A DNA stretch of 64,000 nucleotides, taken from the NCBI GenBank assembly GCA_043826435.1, contig JBDRQF010000037.1, forward strand, positions 1 to 64,000, given 5' to 3'. Shown here in pieces: positions 20,122 to 28,448 of this stretch. A model generated the notes under the pieces. That model was not told the origin of the DNA and ran no database searches. It saw only the letters and a list, made by a program, of their open reading frames with translations. The position numbers and the translations under genes were made by a program. The DNA comes from Elusimicrobiota bacterium. Lineage in GTDB: Bacteria; Elusimicrobiota; Endomicrobiia; CG1-02-37-114; JAHJSO01. The first letter of the stretch is position 1. Every line of letters starts with the position of its first letter.

Positions 20122-20199
20122 AAAAATTGTAATCTTTCTTATTTCTGTTATTTCTGTCCCACCTTGTGTATTGCAACCGAGAATTGACCCTTTAAGGGG

Positions 20200-20322
20200 T
20201 GTAATGCTCCGCTTGATTTTTATACCAGTAAAATGGTATAAATAAAAAGGAGGGGCACCATGGAAGAGATGCAAGTGGCATTGAGGAAAGACGGTAAGAG
20301 GAAGTGGAGCGTGGAACAGAGG
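20200..20322 (+). mobile_element. Probable IS left-end remnant with a truncated transposase start
   Basis: Begins TGTAATGCTCCGC; RBS and ATG at 20260 give MEEMQVALRKDGKRKWSVEQR, resembling IS3/IS66 OrfA N-termini; first 58 bp repeated at 24017. Confidence 0.5.
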
Positions 20323-20354
20323 GCGGGGTGTGTAATCATATTATGGCAGGAGTC

Positions 20355-20414
20355 GTGGGGGTGCATATACACAAGGCAACATAGTAAAGTGATATGCAAC
20401 CTATGCACAGGTAC
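20355..20414 (+). repeat. GTAG-type REP-like palindromic element, degenerate
   Basis: Aligns with the reverse complement of 52024..52084. Confidence 0.75.
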
Positions 20415-20454
20415 TTAAATGGCGGGAGTGTAGTTTTATTATGACAAAAGTCGT

Positions 20455-20526
20455 GGGGGTGTAGCGCAACGGGAGCGCGTCTCCTTGGCGTGGAGAAGGC
20501 TGTGGGTTCAAATCCCATCACCTCCA
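20455..20526 (+). tRNA. tRNA-Ala(GGC); CCA not encoded
   Basis: Acceptor stem GGGGGTG/CACCTCC with G3-U70, anticodon arm TCTCC-TTGGCGT-GGAGA, T loop TTCAAAT. Confidence 0.95.
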
Positions 20527-20573
20527 TTTGTAAGAAATTTATAAATAAGTAATAAGGAGGTATGCCTTTAGCC

Positions 20574-20649
20574 GTCATTGCGAGGCGAAACCGAAGCAAT
20601 CCCCTTGTCGTATGAGATTGCTTCAGTCGTTTCACTCTCTCGCAATGAC
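20574..20649. repeat. Palindromic REP-like element GTCATTGCGAG...CGCAATGAC
   Basis: Terminal inverted repeat plus inner GAAGCAATC/GATTGCTTC; close to the copy at 58720..58798. Confidence 0.85.
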
Positions 20650-20676
20650 CCGCCTCTGGCGTGTCAATTAACCCAA

Positions 20677-22449
20677 ATGTCCTACCTTGTACTTGCAAGA
20701 AAATATCGCCCGCTGAATTTTGACGAACTCGTCGGACAGAAGCATATTACGGACGTCCTGAAGAACGCCATTGTCTCCGGGCGTATCGCCCACGCCTATC
20801 TTTTTTCCGGCCCGCGTGGCACGGGCAAGACGACTGCGGCGAGAATATTATCAAAGGCGCTGAACTGTCTTGAAGGCCCAACGCCGTCCCCGTGTCTCAA
20901 ATGCATAAACTGCGGGGAAATCAGGGATAGTAATTCGGTTGACGTGAATGAAATTGACGGCGCTTCAAACCGCGGCATAGACGAGATAAGGGCGCTCAGG
21001 GAAAACATAAAGTTTATCCCCGTGTCCTCCAAATATAAGGTCTATATAATAGACGAAGCCCACCAGATAACGGACTTTGCGTTTAACGCCCTGCTTAAAA
21101 CCCTTGAAGAACCGCCTGAACACACGATATTCATCCTGGCGACCACCGAACCGAACGAAATCCCCCTGACAATCCTCTCCCGCTGCCAGAGGTTCAAGTT
21201 TGTGCCCCTGTCCGTTGCGGAGATTGCGTCGCAGGTAGAAAAAATCGTGCGGGTGGAAAAATTTTCAATAGACGAATCCGCCGTTAAGTTTATAGCCACG
21301 GTAGCAAACGGTTCTCTGAGAGACGCGTTGAGCATGCTTGACCAGGCGGTTTCGTTCTCGCCCGGAGAAACGGTTACACAGGAGACAATCAGGGAACTTC
21401 TCGGGATGAGCCCCCGCCAGCTGATTTTTTCACTCGTGCAACTGATTTCATCAGGAGATACAGCCGGGGTACTGAATACGGTATCCGACATAGCGAAACA
21501 GGGGTATGACTTCGTCCAGATTGCAAAGGACATTATGGATTATATCAGCCACCTGATACTTATCAATTCTGTTGACGACATCAAGGTCCTGCAGGAGGCA
21601 TGCCTCCCAGAGGAAATAGAGTCGCTCAGAAAGCAGAAAGGCCTTTTCCGGATGCCCATGTTGTTGCGTAATTTACACCTTGTGAGCAAATGCATAGAAG
21701 AAGCCAGGAGGAGCGACAACCAGAGGATAATATTTGAATTATACATGCTGAAAATGATGAGCCCCTCGCCAGACATAAGCGAACTTGTGGAACGCATAGA
21801 CAGGGTATGTATGGAACTGCGAGGCGGTTTGTCGGACGATTCACCGGTTGAACACCCGGAAGTTGAACTGCATCAGAAGGTTGAAGTGAGGCCTAAAACT
21901 GAAACGCGTCCCGTGCGTACCGGGGGAGCGCAATCTACAGCGGAGACGTCTCTGATAACGCCGGCAGCAAAGCATCCGAAACCTGACGGTGGCGCCGGCT
22001 ATCCGGAAAACCCGCCGTTGCAGAGTGATTTGGATCTTTTATGGCAGAGGGTAATTGCCGATATTGAAGAGAAAAAGATATCCATAGGGACGATAATTAA
22101 AAACAGTGTTGACAAGAAATTTGTCAACGGAGAACTCGTGCTGTTTATTTCGCCGGGACTTGCTCACGATACCGTTAAGAAAAATACCGCAATAGTGGAA
22201 TCATCAATAAAAAATTTCTTCGGCAGCGACATAAAAATCAGGTATGAAACCCGTGATATGAAAAAAAACCATAATGGGGAAATGGCTACGGAATTTGTTG
22301 ACGAATCCGTTGACGAAGGGACTGTCCAGGAGGCGCCGGCTTCTATGGACAATGGCGTATCAATGAATGACGGTGTTTCAACGCACGACGACGAAGTAAT
22401 TAAAAAAATCGTAGGCAAATTTTCCGGCAAGATTATTGAGAATACATAA
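20677..22449 (+). CDS. dnaX: DNA polymerase III subunit gamma/tau
   Basis: MSYLVLARKYRP..F..LVGQ, GPRGTGKT, DGASNRG, IIDEAH, SRCQ. Confidence 0.96.
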   Translation: MSYLVLARKYRPLNFDELVGQKHITDVLKNAIVSGRIAHAYLFSGPRGTGKTTAARILSKALNCLEGPTPSPCLKCINCGEIRDSNSVDVNEIDGASNRGIDEIRALRENIKFIPVSSKYKVYIIDEAHQITDFAFNALLKTLEEPPEHTIFILATTEPNEIPLTILSRCQRFKFVPLSVAEIASQVEKIVRVEKFSIDESAVKFIATVANGSLRDALSMLDQAVSFSPGETVTQETIRELLGMSPRQLIFSLVQLISSGDTAGVLNTVSDIAKQGYDFVQIAKDIMDYISHLILINSVDDIKVLQEACLPEEIESLRKQKGLFRMPMLLRNLHLVSKCIEEARRSDNQRIIFELYMLKMMSPSPDISELVERIDRVCMELRGGLSDDSPVEHPEVELHQKVEVRPKTETRPVRTGGAQSTAETSLITPAAKHPKPDGGAGYPENPPLQSDLDLLWQRVIADIEEKKISIGTIIKNSVDKKFVNGELVLFISPGLAHDTVKKNTAIVESSIKNFFGSDIKIRYETRDMKKNHNGEMATEFVDESVDEGTVQEAPASMDNGVSMNDGVSTHDDEVIKKIVGKFSGKIIENT

Positions 22450-22484
22450 CTAGCGCCGTTTTTAAGCGGCGCTGCCCGCACCTT

Positions 22485-23084
22485 ATGAGCCATCCGAAAA
22501 ACATACAAAAACTTATAAACGCATTTCGCAAATTGCCGGGGATAGGCCCGAAAATGGCGGAGCGTCTCGCATATCATCTGCTGGCTGACGGCAGGGAGAC
22601 GGCGGGTGATATGGCGGAAGCCCTCACGGGACTGCAGACGTCCGTAAGGTTGTGCCCCGTGTGTTTTACCCCATCCGACCCATCGGACGAGGAATTGTGC
22701 GATGCGTGTTCAGACCCGTCAAGGGATAAGGGCTTAATCTGCATAGTGGAAAGCGTCGGGGCGCTGAACGCCGTCGAAAGGACAAAAAAATATCACGGAC
22801 TGTATCACATTGTTGACAAGGTCATCTCGCCCCTTGACGGCACGCTTATTGACAGGAACAGGATAACGAAACTTTTTGAACGACTAGACGGCGTCCGGGA
22901 AATCGTTATTGCGACTAACACGGACACGGAGGGGGAAATAACCGCAAACTACATCGCGGATATGCTCAGAGATAAAAACGTGAGGGTCACGCGGCTTGGA
23001 TACGGGATGCCCGTTGGAGGCAGTTTGGAATATGCGGATGAAATTACATTGAGCAGGTCACTTGAAGGCAGAAAAGAAATTTGA
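22485..23084 (+). CDS. recR: Recombination mediator RecR
   Basis: LPGIGPK.AERLA, C4 zinc finger, Toprim domain, G.PVGG.LEYAD..TL. Confidence 0.95.
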   Translation: MSHPKNIQKLINAFRKLPGIGPKMAERLAYHLLADGRETAGDMAEALTGLQTSVRLCPVCFTPSDPSDEELCDACSDPSRDKGLICIVESVGALNAVERTKKYHGLYHIVDKVISPLDGTLIDRNRITKLFERLDGVREIVIATNTDTEGEITANYIADMLRDKNVRVTRLGYGMPVGGSLEYADEITLSRSLEGRKEI

Positions 23085-23100
23085 TATAATGTTGTAGGGC

Positions 23101-23227
23101 GTTCATTGAAAAAATAGTTATTCCGCGGTAGCTCAATGGGTCGGCGTGCGACGAATAAGGAGCACAAGTTTGCCGACGGGTGCGAGATGGTGAGCACCCG
23201 GGAGGAGTTTACTCCAACATTAGAGCG
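23101..23227 (+). pseudogene. Duplicated leader and 5' end of tRNA-Asn, with a structured insert in the D-loop
   Basis: TCCGCGGTAGCTCAATGG at 23122..23139 equals 23260..23277; followed by about 81 nt of hairpins and then TAGAGCG. Confidence 0.75.
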
Positions 23228-23293
23228 TAATTGTGGAATGTTCTTTGAAAATAATATATTCCGCGGTAGCTCAATGGTGGAGCGGCTGGCTGT

Positions 23294-23662
23294 ATGAAAA
23301 GATGTACCTGGCACCTGTGTGGTAAAACTCTTTCCGGCCGCCAAGGTAAGTTTTGCAGTCCAAATTGCAAAAGTAAGTACTATGTTGCTAAAAAGAGAAA
23401 ATCTCTTAAACAAAGGGCTGCAACTTACAAAGGTGGATGTTGTGTGCTTTGTGGTTATAGTAAACTAGTAGAAGCACTTTCATTCCATCATCTTGGTGGT
23501 AAAGATTTTGGTATAGCTTTCCGTGGCCATACAAGGTCCTGGGAGAGAGTAAGAAAAGAACTTGACGGTTGTATTCTTGTTTGTTTGAATTGCCATGCAG
23601 AGATTCATGCGGAGGTACATAATGCAGCGCTCCAGCGAAAGCTGGAGTGGAAAATTGGGTGA
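23294..23662 (+). CDS. Intron-encoded HNH endonuclease with Cys-rich Zn-binding motifs (putative homing endonuclease)
   Basis: C..CG...FCS..C N-terminal module; GG.C..CGY.....AL.FHH....K.F...C.L.C.NCH.E.H. Confidence 0.85.
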   Translation: MKRCTWHLCGKTLSGRQGKFCSPNCKSKYYVAKKRKSLKQRAATYKGGCCVLCGYSKLVEALSFHHLGGKDFGIAFRGHTRSWERVRKELDGCILVCLNCHAEIHAEVHNAALQRKLEWKIG

Positions 23663-23871
23663 ATTCAGGGAAGCCTAATTCTCAGTGACGGACTGCAGAT
23701 ATGGTAATCCTGAGCCAAGTTTCCGCCAAAAGTGGAAAAAGGTGCAGAGACTATCCCTTTACGGGAGTACTCTCTTCCGTAATATTGAAGAGGGGAAGTA
23801 CCCAATTCCGTAACCTCAATTGGGGTCGGAAATAAGATAGTCCACTCCTTATGGAAACATAAGGTTAAGTG
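23294..23871 (+). mobile_element. Group I intron (578 nt) in the tRNA-Asn anticodon between positions 35 and 36
   Basis: 5' exon ends in U and intron ends in G; core elements P AATTCAGGGAA, Q AATCCTGAGC, R GCAGAGACTA, S AAGATAGTCC; P3 AATTGGGT/ACCCAATT; P9 CCTTATG-GAAA-CATAAGG. Confidence 0.92.
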
Positions 23872-23953
23872 TAACCAGTAGGCTGCAGGTTCGAGTCCTG
23901 CCCGCGGAGTTGAGCTGACCCCACGACAAAACTAAATGTCGTGTTTTGAATAC

Positions 23954-23992
23954 ATAGACCTATATCGGGCAACTGGTATAGGTCTATTTCTT
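23954..23992 (+). terminator. Probable intrinsic terminator after tRNA-Asn
   Basis: ATAGACCTATA...TATAGGTCTAT hairpin followed by a T-rich run. Confidence 0.5.
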
Positions 23993-24016
23993 TGGTAAAT
24001 TCATTTTGTTGTTCTA

Positions 24017-24074
24017 TGTAATGCTCCGCTTGATTTTTATACCAGTAAAATGGTATAAATAGAAGGGAGGGGCA
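24017..24074 (+). repeat. Second copy of the 58-bp IS-end-like sequence
   Basis: Two mismatches to 20200..20257; contains the inverted repeat TTATACCA-N6-TGGTATAA. Confidence 0.85.
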
Positions 24075-24152
24075 GTACAGAACACGCCCGACCCTGATGC
24101 ACGGTTTGGCAGAAAAACAAAGAACAAACCCTTTTACGGATACAAACAGCAC

Positions 24153-26216
24153 ATGCCTAAAATGGAATTGCTTGCACCTGCGGGGTCAAAGGAATCTTTT
24201 GTTGCTGCTATAAGAGCAGGTGCTGATTCTGTCTATATGGGTATTGATAAGTATAATGCCCGTCTTAATGCGGATAAGTTGAACATATATGACCTTGAGG
24301 TTCTGACTGATTATGCACATTCCAAAAATGTTAAAGTTTATCTTGCCCTTAATACTCTCATAAAACATGAAGAAATATATGATGTGGAAAAAACACTTGA
24401 GAAAATAACCCCATTTAAACCCGACGCATTAATTGTACAGGATCTTGGGATGGCCAGGATAATAAGGGAAGAGTTCCCTGAACTTGATATTCACGCAAGT
24501 ACACAGATGGCAGTCCATAACAGTGCCGGTGTTGAGGCGCTTGCAGAACTCGGATTTAAGAGAGTAATACTTGCAAGAGAACTTTCACGCAGTGATTTAA
24601 AACTCATATCTTCAAAATCGACCATTGAACTGGAAGTTTTCTGTCATGGAGCTTTATGTTTTTGTGTTTCAGGCATGTGTCTTTTTTCAAGTTTTATAGG
24701 TTCGCGCAGTGGTAATCGCGGATGGTGTACCCAGCCGTGCAGACGTATCTGGAAGAATTCAAGTAAGCAGGGATATCTTTTTTCTCCCAAAGACCTTGAA
24801 CTTGCCAGCGAGATTGTTTCTTTAAAAAAGATCAGGATTAATTCACTTAAGATTGAAGGCAGAATGCGTAGCAGTGAATATGTTTATAATGTTGTCAGGG
24901 CATACAGGGTTCTTATCGATTCGCCTGAAGGAGAAATGGAAAAAGCATTTGAAGAAGCTGGCAGGTTTCTTTCAATGGACTGGGCGCGTTCAAAAACCAC
25001 ACTATATTTCTCTGGCACAAATGATGATATTTTTATTCCTGAAAATGCCCAGTGTCCTGGAAAAAATATCGGTAGTGTTTTATATTCGGACGGTACTATA
25101 GTTACACTACAGGTAAATTGTCTTTTGAAAAAGGGGGACCGTATAAGAATTTCAGACCCTTCAAACGACATTACTAAAACCATAAAAATATCACAGATTA
25201 AAAACGATGGGAACTTATATACATTAAATTTTGATGAAGTTGTTAAAACAGGCACGCCTGTATTTAAGGCAGGCGACGCGGACTGGGATGAAAATAAATT
25301 AACAAAGGAAGTTGACAATATTTATCATTCATATACCATGAAAACAAAACCTCCCCCATCAGGGGAGAAAAATTATGGAAAACTAAGGTATCCGGACATG
25401 ATTGCACGGCAATGGTTGTGTAAACAAGAAAACAATCAAGAACGTCTCTGGGTAAAAATAGATAACATTGATTGGCTGGAAATATTACCTTTAAGTTCAA
25501 AAGAAATTATCCCTGTTCTCTATATTTCAAGGGAAAACATGTATGAATTAAAGGCCGTATCTGATACTTTGCATTGCTTTAGTTCAGATTTCGCCTGTGA
25601 GTTAACCCCGTACATCAGTCAGAAAGAAATGTATTCATATACGGAAGTGGTAAACGCAATATCCGAATCAAACATTAAGTTCTGGGTTTTGAATAATATT
25701 GCACACTTTAAAATTGTTCCTGATAATGCACAAAAAGTATCCGGTCACTTCCTTTATACCGCAAATGCGTTTACATGCCGTGTTTTAAAAGATATGGGGA
25801 CAAAATATTTTGTTACTTCTTGGGAAGATGATTTCCTGAATATCAAAAGGGTTGCCCTGGCCGGTGTAAGGGCGCACTTAATCGTTTACCTGTTTGGATT
25901 CCCGGCTATTGTACGTTCCAGGATGATTGATACAGATTATCTTGCAGAGGCCCAGGGTAAAATAATAAGCAGAACAAATGATAGTTTTACATTGAAACAC
26001 GAGTCCGGCTCAATGGTTCTTTTGCCTTCGGTCCCGGTGATGAATTTTACAGCGCGTGAGAAACTTGCAGGTTTAGGAATACTTAATTTCGGTATTGACT
26101 TATGCTTTATAAAACCAGATAAGCAGAAGTGGAAAGAACTGTTTGAATGTTACACAAACAAAAAAAATCTGCTCCTATCGGCAACAAAATTTAATTTTAA
26201 GAGAGGGATTAATTGA
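24153..26216 (+). CDS. U32-family protein (RlhA-like RNA hydroxylase), AT-rich
   Basis: ELLAPAG, HASTQM, HGALC...SG.C, SGNRG.C.QPCR, LKIEGRMR. Confidence 0.88.
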   Translation: MPKMELLAPAGSKESFVAAIRAGADSVYMGIDKYNARLNADKLNIYDLEVLTDYAHSKNVKVYLALNTLIKHEEIYDVEKTLEKITPFKPDALIVQDLGMARIIREEFPELDIHASTQMAVHNSAGVEALAELGFKRVILARELSRSDLKLISSKSTIELEVFCHGALCFCVSGMCLFSSFIGSRSGNRGWCTQPCRRIWKNSSKQGYLFSPKDLELASEIVSLKKIRINSLKIEGRMRSSEYVYNVVRAYRVLIDSPEGEMEKAFEEAGRFLSMDWARSKTTLYFSGTNDDIFIPENAQCPGKNIGSVLYSDGTIVTLQVNCLLKKGDRIRISDPSNDITKTIKISQIKNDGNLYTLNFDEVVKTGTPVFKAGDADWDENKLTKEVDNIYHSYTMKTKPPPSGEKNYGKLRYPDMIARQWLCKQENNQERLWVKIDNIDWLEILPLSSKEIIPVLYISRENMYELKAVSDTLHCFSSDFACELTPYISQKEMYSYTEVVNAISESNIKFWVLNNIAHFKIVPDNAQKVSGHFLYTANAFTCRVLKDMGTKYFVTSWEDDFLNIKRVALAGVRAHLIVYLFGFPAIVRSRMIDTDYLAEAQGKIISRTNDSFTLKHESGSMVLLPSVPVMNFTAREKLAGLGILNFGIDLCFIKPDKQKWKELFECYTNKKNLLLSATKFNFKRGIN

Positions 26217-26378
26217 AGTTAAGTTGGAGAAGGGCCGCTTGAAAAGACCTTGCAAAAGAAGTAAAATAGGAGAACCAGTAATCTTTTATCTGGACAGCAG
26301 GTGGCATTATTAGTAAAAAAGTATATGAGTTGCCGGTGGTGGGAGATATGCAATTTCAGGGGTTTATCTTCGGGCGAT

Positions 26379-27263
26379 ATGAACAATATTCGCGTTAAGA
26401 CACCCGGGACATGCGGTGAACTTGTCCAGGGGATGATTGACGGTAATAAATTCCACATAACCTGCCCGGTAAATATTTTTTCCTGCGTATCGGTGTCGGG
26501 AGACGGTAGTAATGGCAGTAGCGGCGGCAGCAGGACTCTCCCGTCAAACAAGTGGAAGACGCAAAGAGCGGTTGAAAAGACGCTGCAGTTATTTAAATCA
26601 ACGGGAGAAAATATAAGCGTCAGTGTGTCATCCGAAATACCCGAAGGCAGGGGTATGGCTTCAAGTACCGCCGACGTCACTGGCGCCTGCCTTGCGGTGT
26701 CCGCGTTTCTGGGCGGAAACATAAAAGAGGATGAGGTCGCCCGTATAGCCCTTGCCATAGAGCCGTCCGACGGCATAATGTTTAAGGGCATCGTTATGTT
26801 TGATCACCTGAACGGCAGGGTGTTTGAGTATCTGGGTGAGGCGCTGCGGATGAAAATGCTTATTATTGATTCAGGCGAGCGTATTGATACGCTGGAATTC
26901 AATAGGGCTGACCATACGGGGGAGCATCTGTCAAACAGGGATAAGATACTTGAGGCGATAGAACTTGTCCGGGCTGGGGTCAAAAAGAAAGACGTTGCCA
27001 TGCTCGGCAGGGGCGCCACAATCAGCGCTTTGTGCAATCAGAAAATAATCCATAAACCATGGCTTCCTGGCGTGATGAAGGCGGCTGAAAAATTCGGATG
27101 TCCGGGGGTGAACGTTGCGCACAGCGGCAGCGCGGCGGGAGTCCTGCTTGAGACGGGCTTCAATAAAATTGATGCGCTTAAGTCGGCAATACTGACGGAG
27201 TGTAACCGGGAATTTGATTTTTATGAAACCGGGATGACGGGCGGCGGGGGTGTGATTTGTTAG
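26379..27263 (+). CDS. pduX: L-threonine kinase (GHMP family)
   Basis: PGTCGELVQG, IPEGRGMASSTAD, EPSDG, AHSGS; lies next to cobD. Confidence 0.85.
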   Translation: MNNIRVKTPGTCGELVQGMIDGNKFHITCPVNIFSCVSVSGDGSNGSSGGSRTLPSNKWKTQRAVEKTLQLFKSTGENISVSVSSEIPEGRGMASSTADVTGACLAVSAFLGGNIKEDEVARIALAIEPSDGIMFKGIVMFDHLNGRVFEYLGEALRMKMLIIDSGERIDTLEFNRADHTGEHLSNRDKILEAIELVRAGVKKKDVAMLGRGATISALCNQKIIHKPWLPGVMKAAEKFGCPGVNVAHSGSAAGVLLETGFNKIDALKSAILTECNREFDFYETGMTGGGGVIC

Positions 27264-27324
27264 CCGCCGGCAGAAATGCATTTGTAGAATATTTGGGCGG
27301 GCTGTCGTATGCAGGGGGTGTCAT

Positions 27325-28407
27325 TTGTTAGAGCACGGCGGAAATGTGTATAAAATCGTTAGGAAATACAACATACCGGAGAACAGTATAGTTGATTTCA
27401 GTTCAAACATAAATCCTGCCGGCTACCCGAGAGGGACCGGCGGCATTATCAAAAAGAGCATAAAGTCAATTGTCCGCTACCCGGACCCGGATTGCACGCG
27501 GCTGAGAAACGGGCTTTCAGGCGTTCTGGGGGTATCTCCCGGCAACATCGCCGTCGGTAACGGTGCCGTTGAGTTTATATATTTAATCCCGCAGATGTTA
27601 GGTGTGAAAAGGGCGCTAATCCCTGTCCCCAGTTTTAATGAATACGAGGCATCCGTAAAGATTCAAAATGGAAAATGTATATTTTTCAGGACACACGAAG
27701 AGAAAAACTATAAGTTAGATGTTGACGCCCTGAAAAAACGCATACCCGGCGTTGATCTGGTTTTTATATGCAACCCCAATAACCCTACGGGCAGCATCCT
27801 CAATAAAGATGAGTTGTTATATATTTTAAAGGCCTGCAGGATGCATGGCGTTTTCTTGTGTATAGACGAGGTATTCATTGATTTTGCGGATGATATTAAG
27901 GGTGCGGCCGTTCCGGACAGCGTCCGGACGGAGAAGAACGTGCTCCTGGTAAGGTCAATGACGAAATTATTCGCCATACCGGGATTGAGGTTGGGTTATC
28001 TTGTATCCGGCAGGGAAACTATTGACAGGATAAATGACTGCCGGCCGCCGTGGAGCGTAAACACTCTTGCCCAGTCGGTGGCGTCTGAACTATTGAAGGA
28101 TAAGGAATTTGTTCAAAGGAGCAGGGAGTGCGTCCGTCGGGAAAAAGATTTTTTAACCGGCTGTCTGAAAAATATAAAAGGCATTGAACCGTTCCCGTCA
28201 CAGGCGAATTTTATACTGTGCAAACTGAAGGCAGGGAGAATGAATTCACGGCGGCTCCAGGATAAACTTGTCCGGAAGGGTATCTTAATCCGCGACTGTT
28301 CAGATTTTCGCGGGTTGAATGAAAAGTTCATCCGGCTGGCAGTGAAGGGCAGGAAAGAAAACCAAATGTTGGTCGGGGCGATGAAAAAGGCGCTCGGGGG
28401 CGCATAA
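27325..28407 (+). CDS. cobD: Threonine-phosphate decarboxylase
   Basis: HGG, DFSSNINP, CNPNNPTG, RSMTK.FAIPGLRLGY, IRDCS.F.GL. Confidence 0.9.
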   Translation: MLEHGGNVYKIVRKYNIPENSIVDFSSNINPAGYPRGTGGIIKKSIKSIVRYPDPDCTRLRNGLSGVLGVSPGNIAVGNGAVEFIYLIPQMLGVKRALIPVPSFNEYEASVKIQNGKCIFFRTHEEKNYKLDVDALKKRIPGVDLVFICNPNNPTGSILNKDELLYILKACRMHGVFLCIDEVFIDFADDIKGAAVPDSVRTEKNVLLVRSMTKLFAIPGLRLGYLVSGRETIDRINDCRPPWSVNTLAQSVASELLKDKEFVQRSRECVRREKDFLTGCLKNIKGIEPFPSQANFILCKLKAGRMNSRRLQDKLVRKGILIRDCSDFRGLNEKFIRLAVKGRKENQMLVGAMKKALGGA

Positions 28408-28448
28408 CTTTGGTTGGGGCGATGCAAAGGGCATTCAGGGGGACATAG

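Larger units (their letters stand above)
23260..23909 (+). tRNA. tRNA-Asn(GTT), intron-containing; exons 23260..23293 and 23872..23909
   Basis: Joined exons give a full cloverleaf: TCCGCGG/CCGCGGA, GCTC/GAGC, GCTGG-CTGTTAA-CCAGT, GCAGG-TTCGAGT-CCTGC, discriminator G. Confidence 0.93.

Noticed and set aside
20578..20676. N-terminal extension of DnaX in the ORF track
   Set aside because: It is translated REP-like palindrome; the conserved start MSYLVLARK is at 20677
20527..20676. SRP RNA (ffs), often found upstream of dnaX
   Set aside because: No SRP domain IV motif is present; the space is filled by a palindromic repeat
23294..23662. HNH ORF as a prophage or restriction gene
   Set aside because: There are no phage or methyltransferase neighbours, and it is fully enclosed by tRNA exons and a group I core
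23865..24152. 95-aa minus-strand ORF
   Set aside because: It is antisense to the tRNA 3' exon, a terminator and a repeat
26217..26378. Cobalamin riboswitch upstream of pduX
   Set aside because: No B12-box or conserved GGGAA...GCCACTG core could be found by eye; an Rfam scan would settle it
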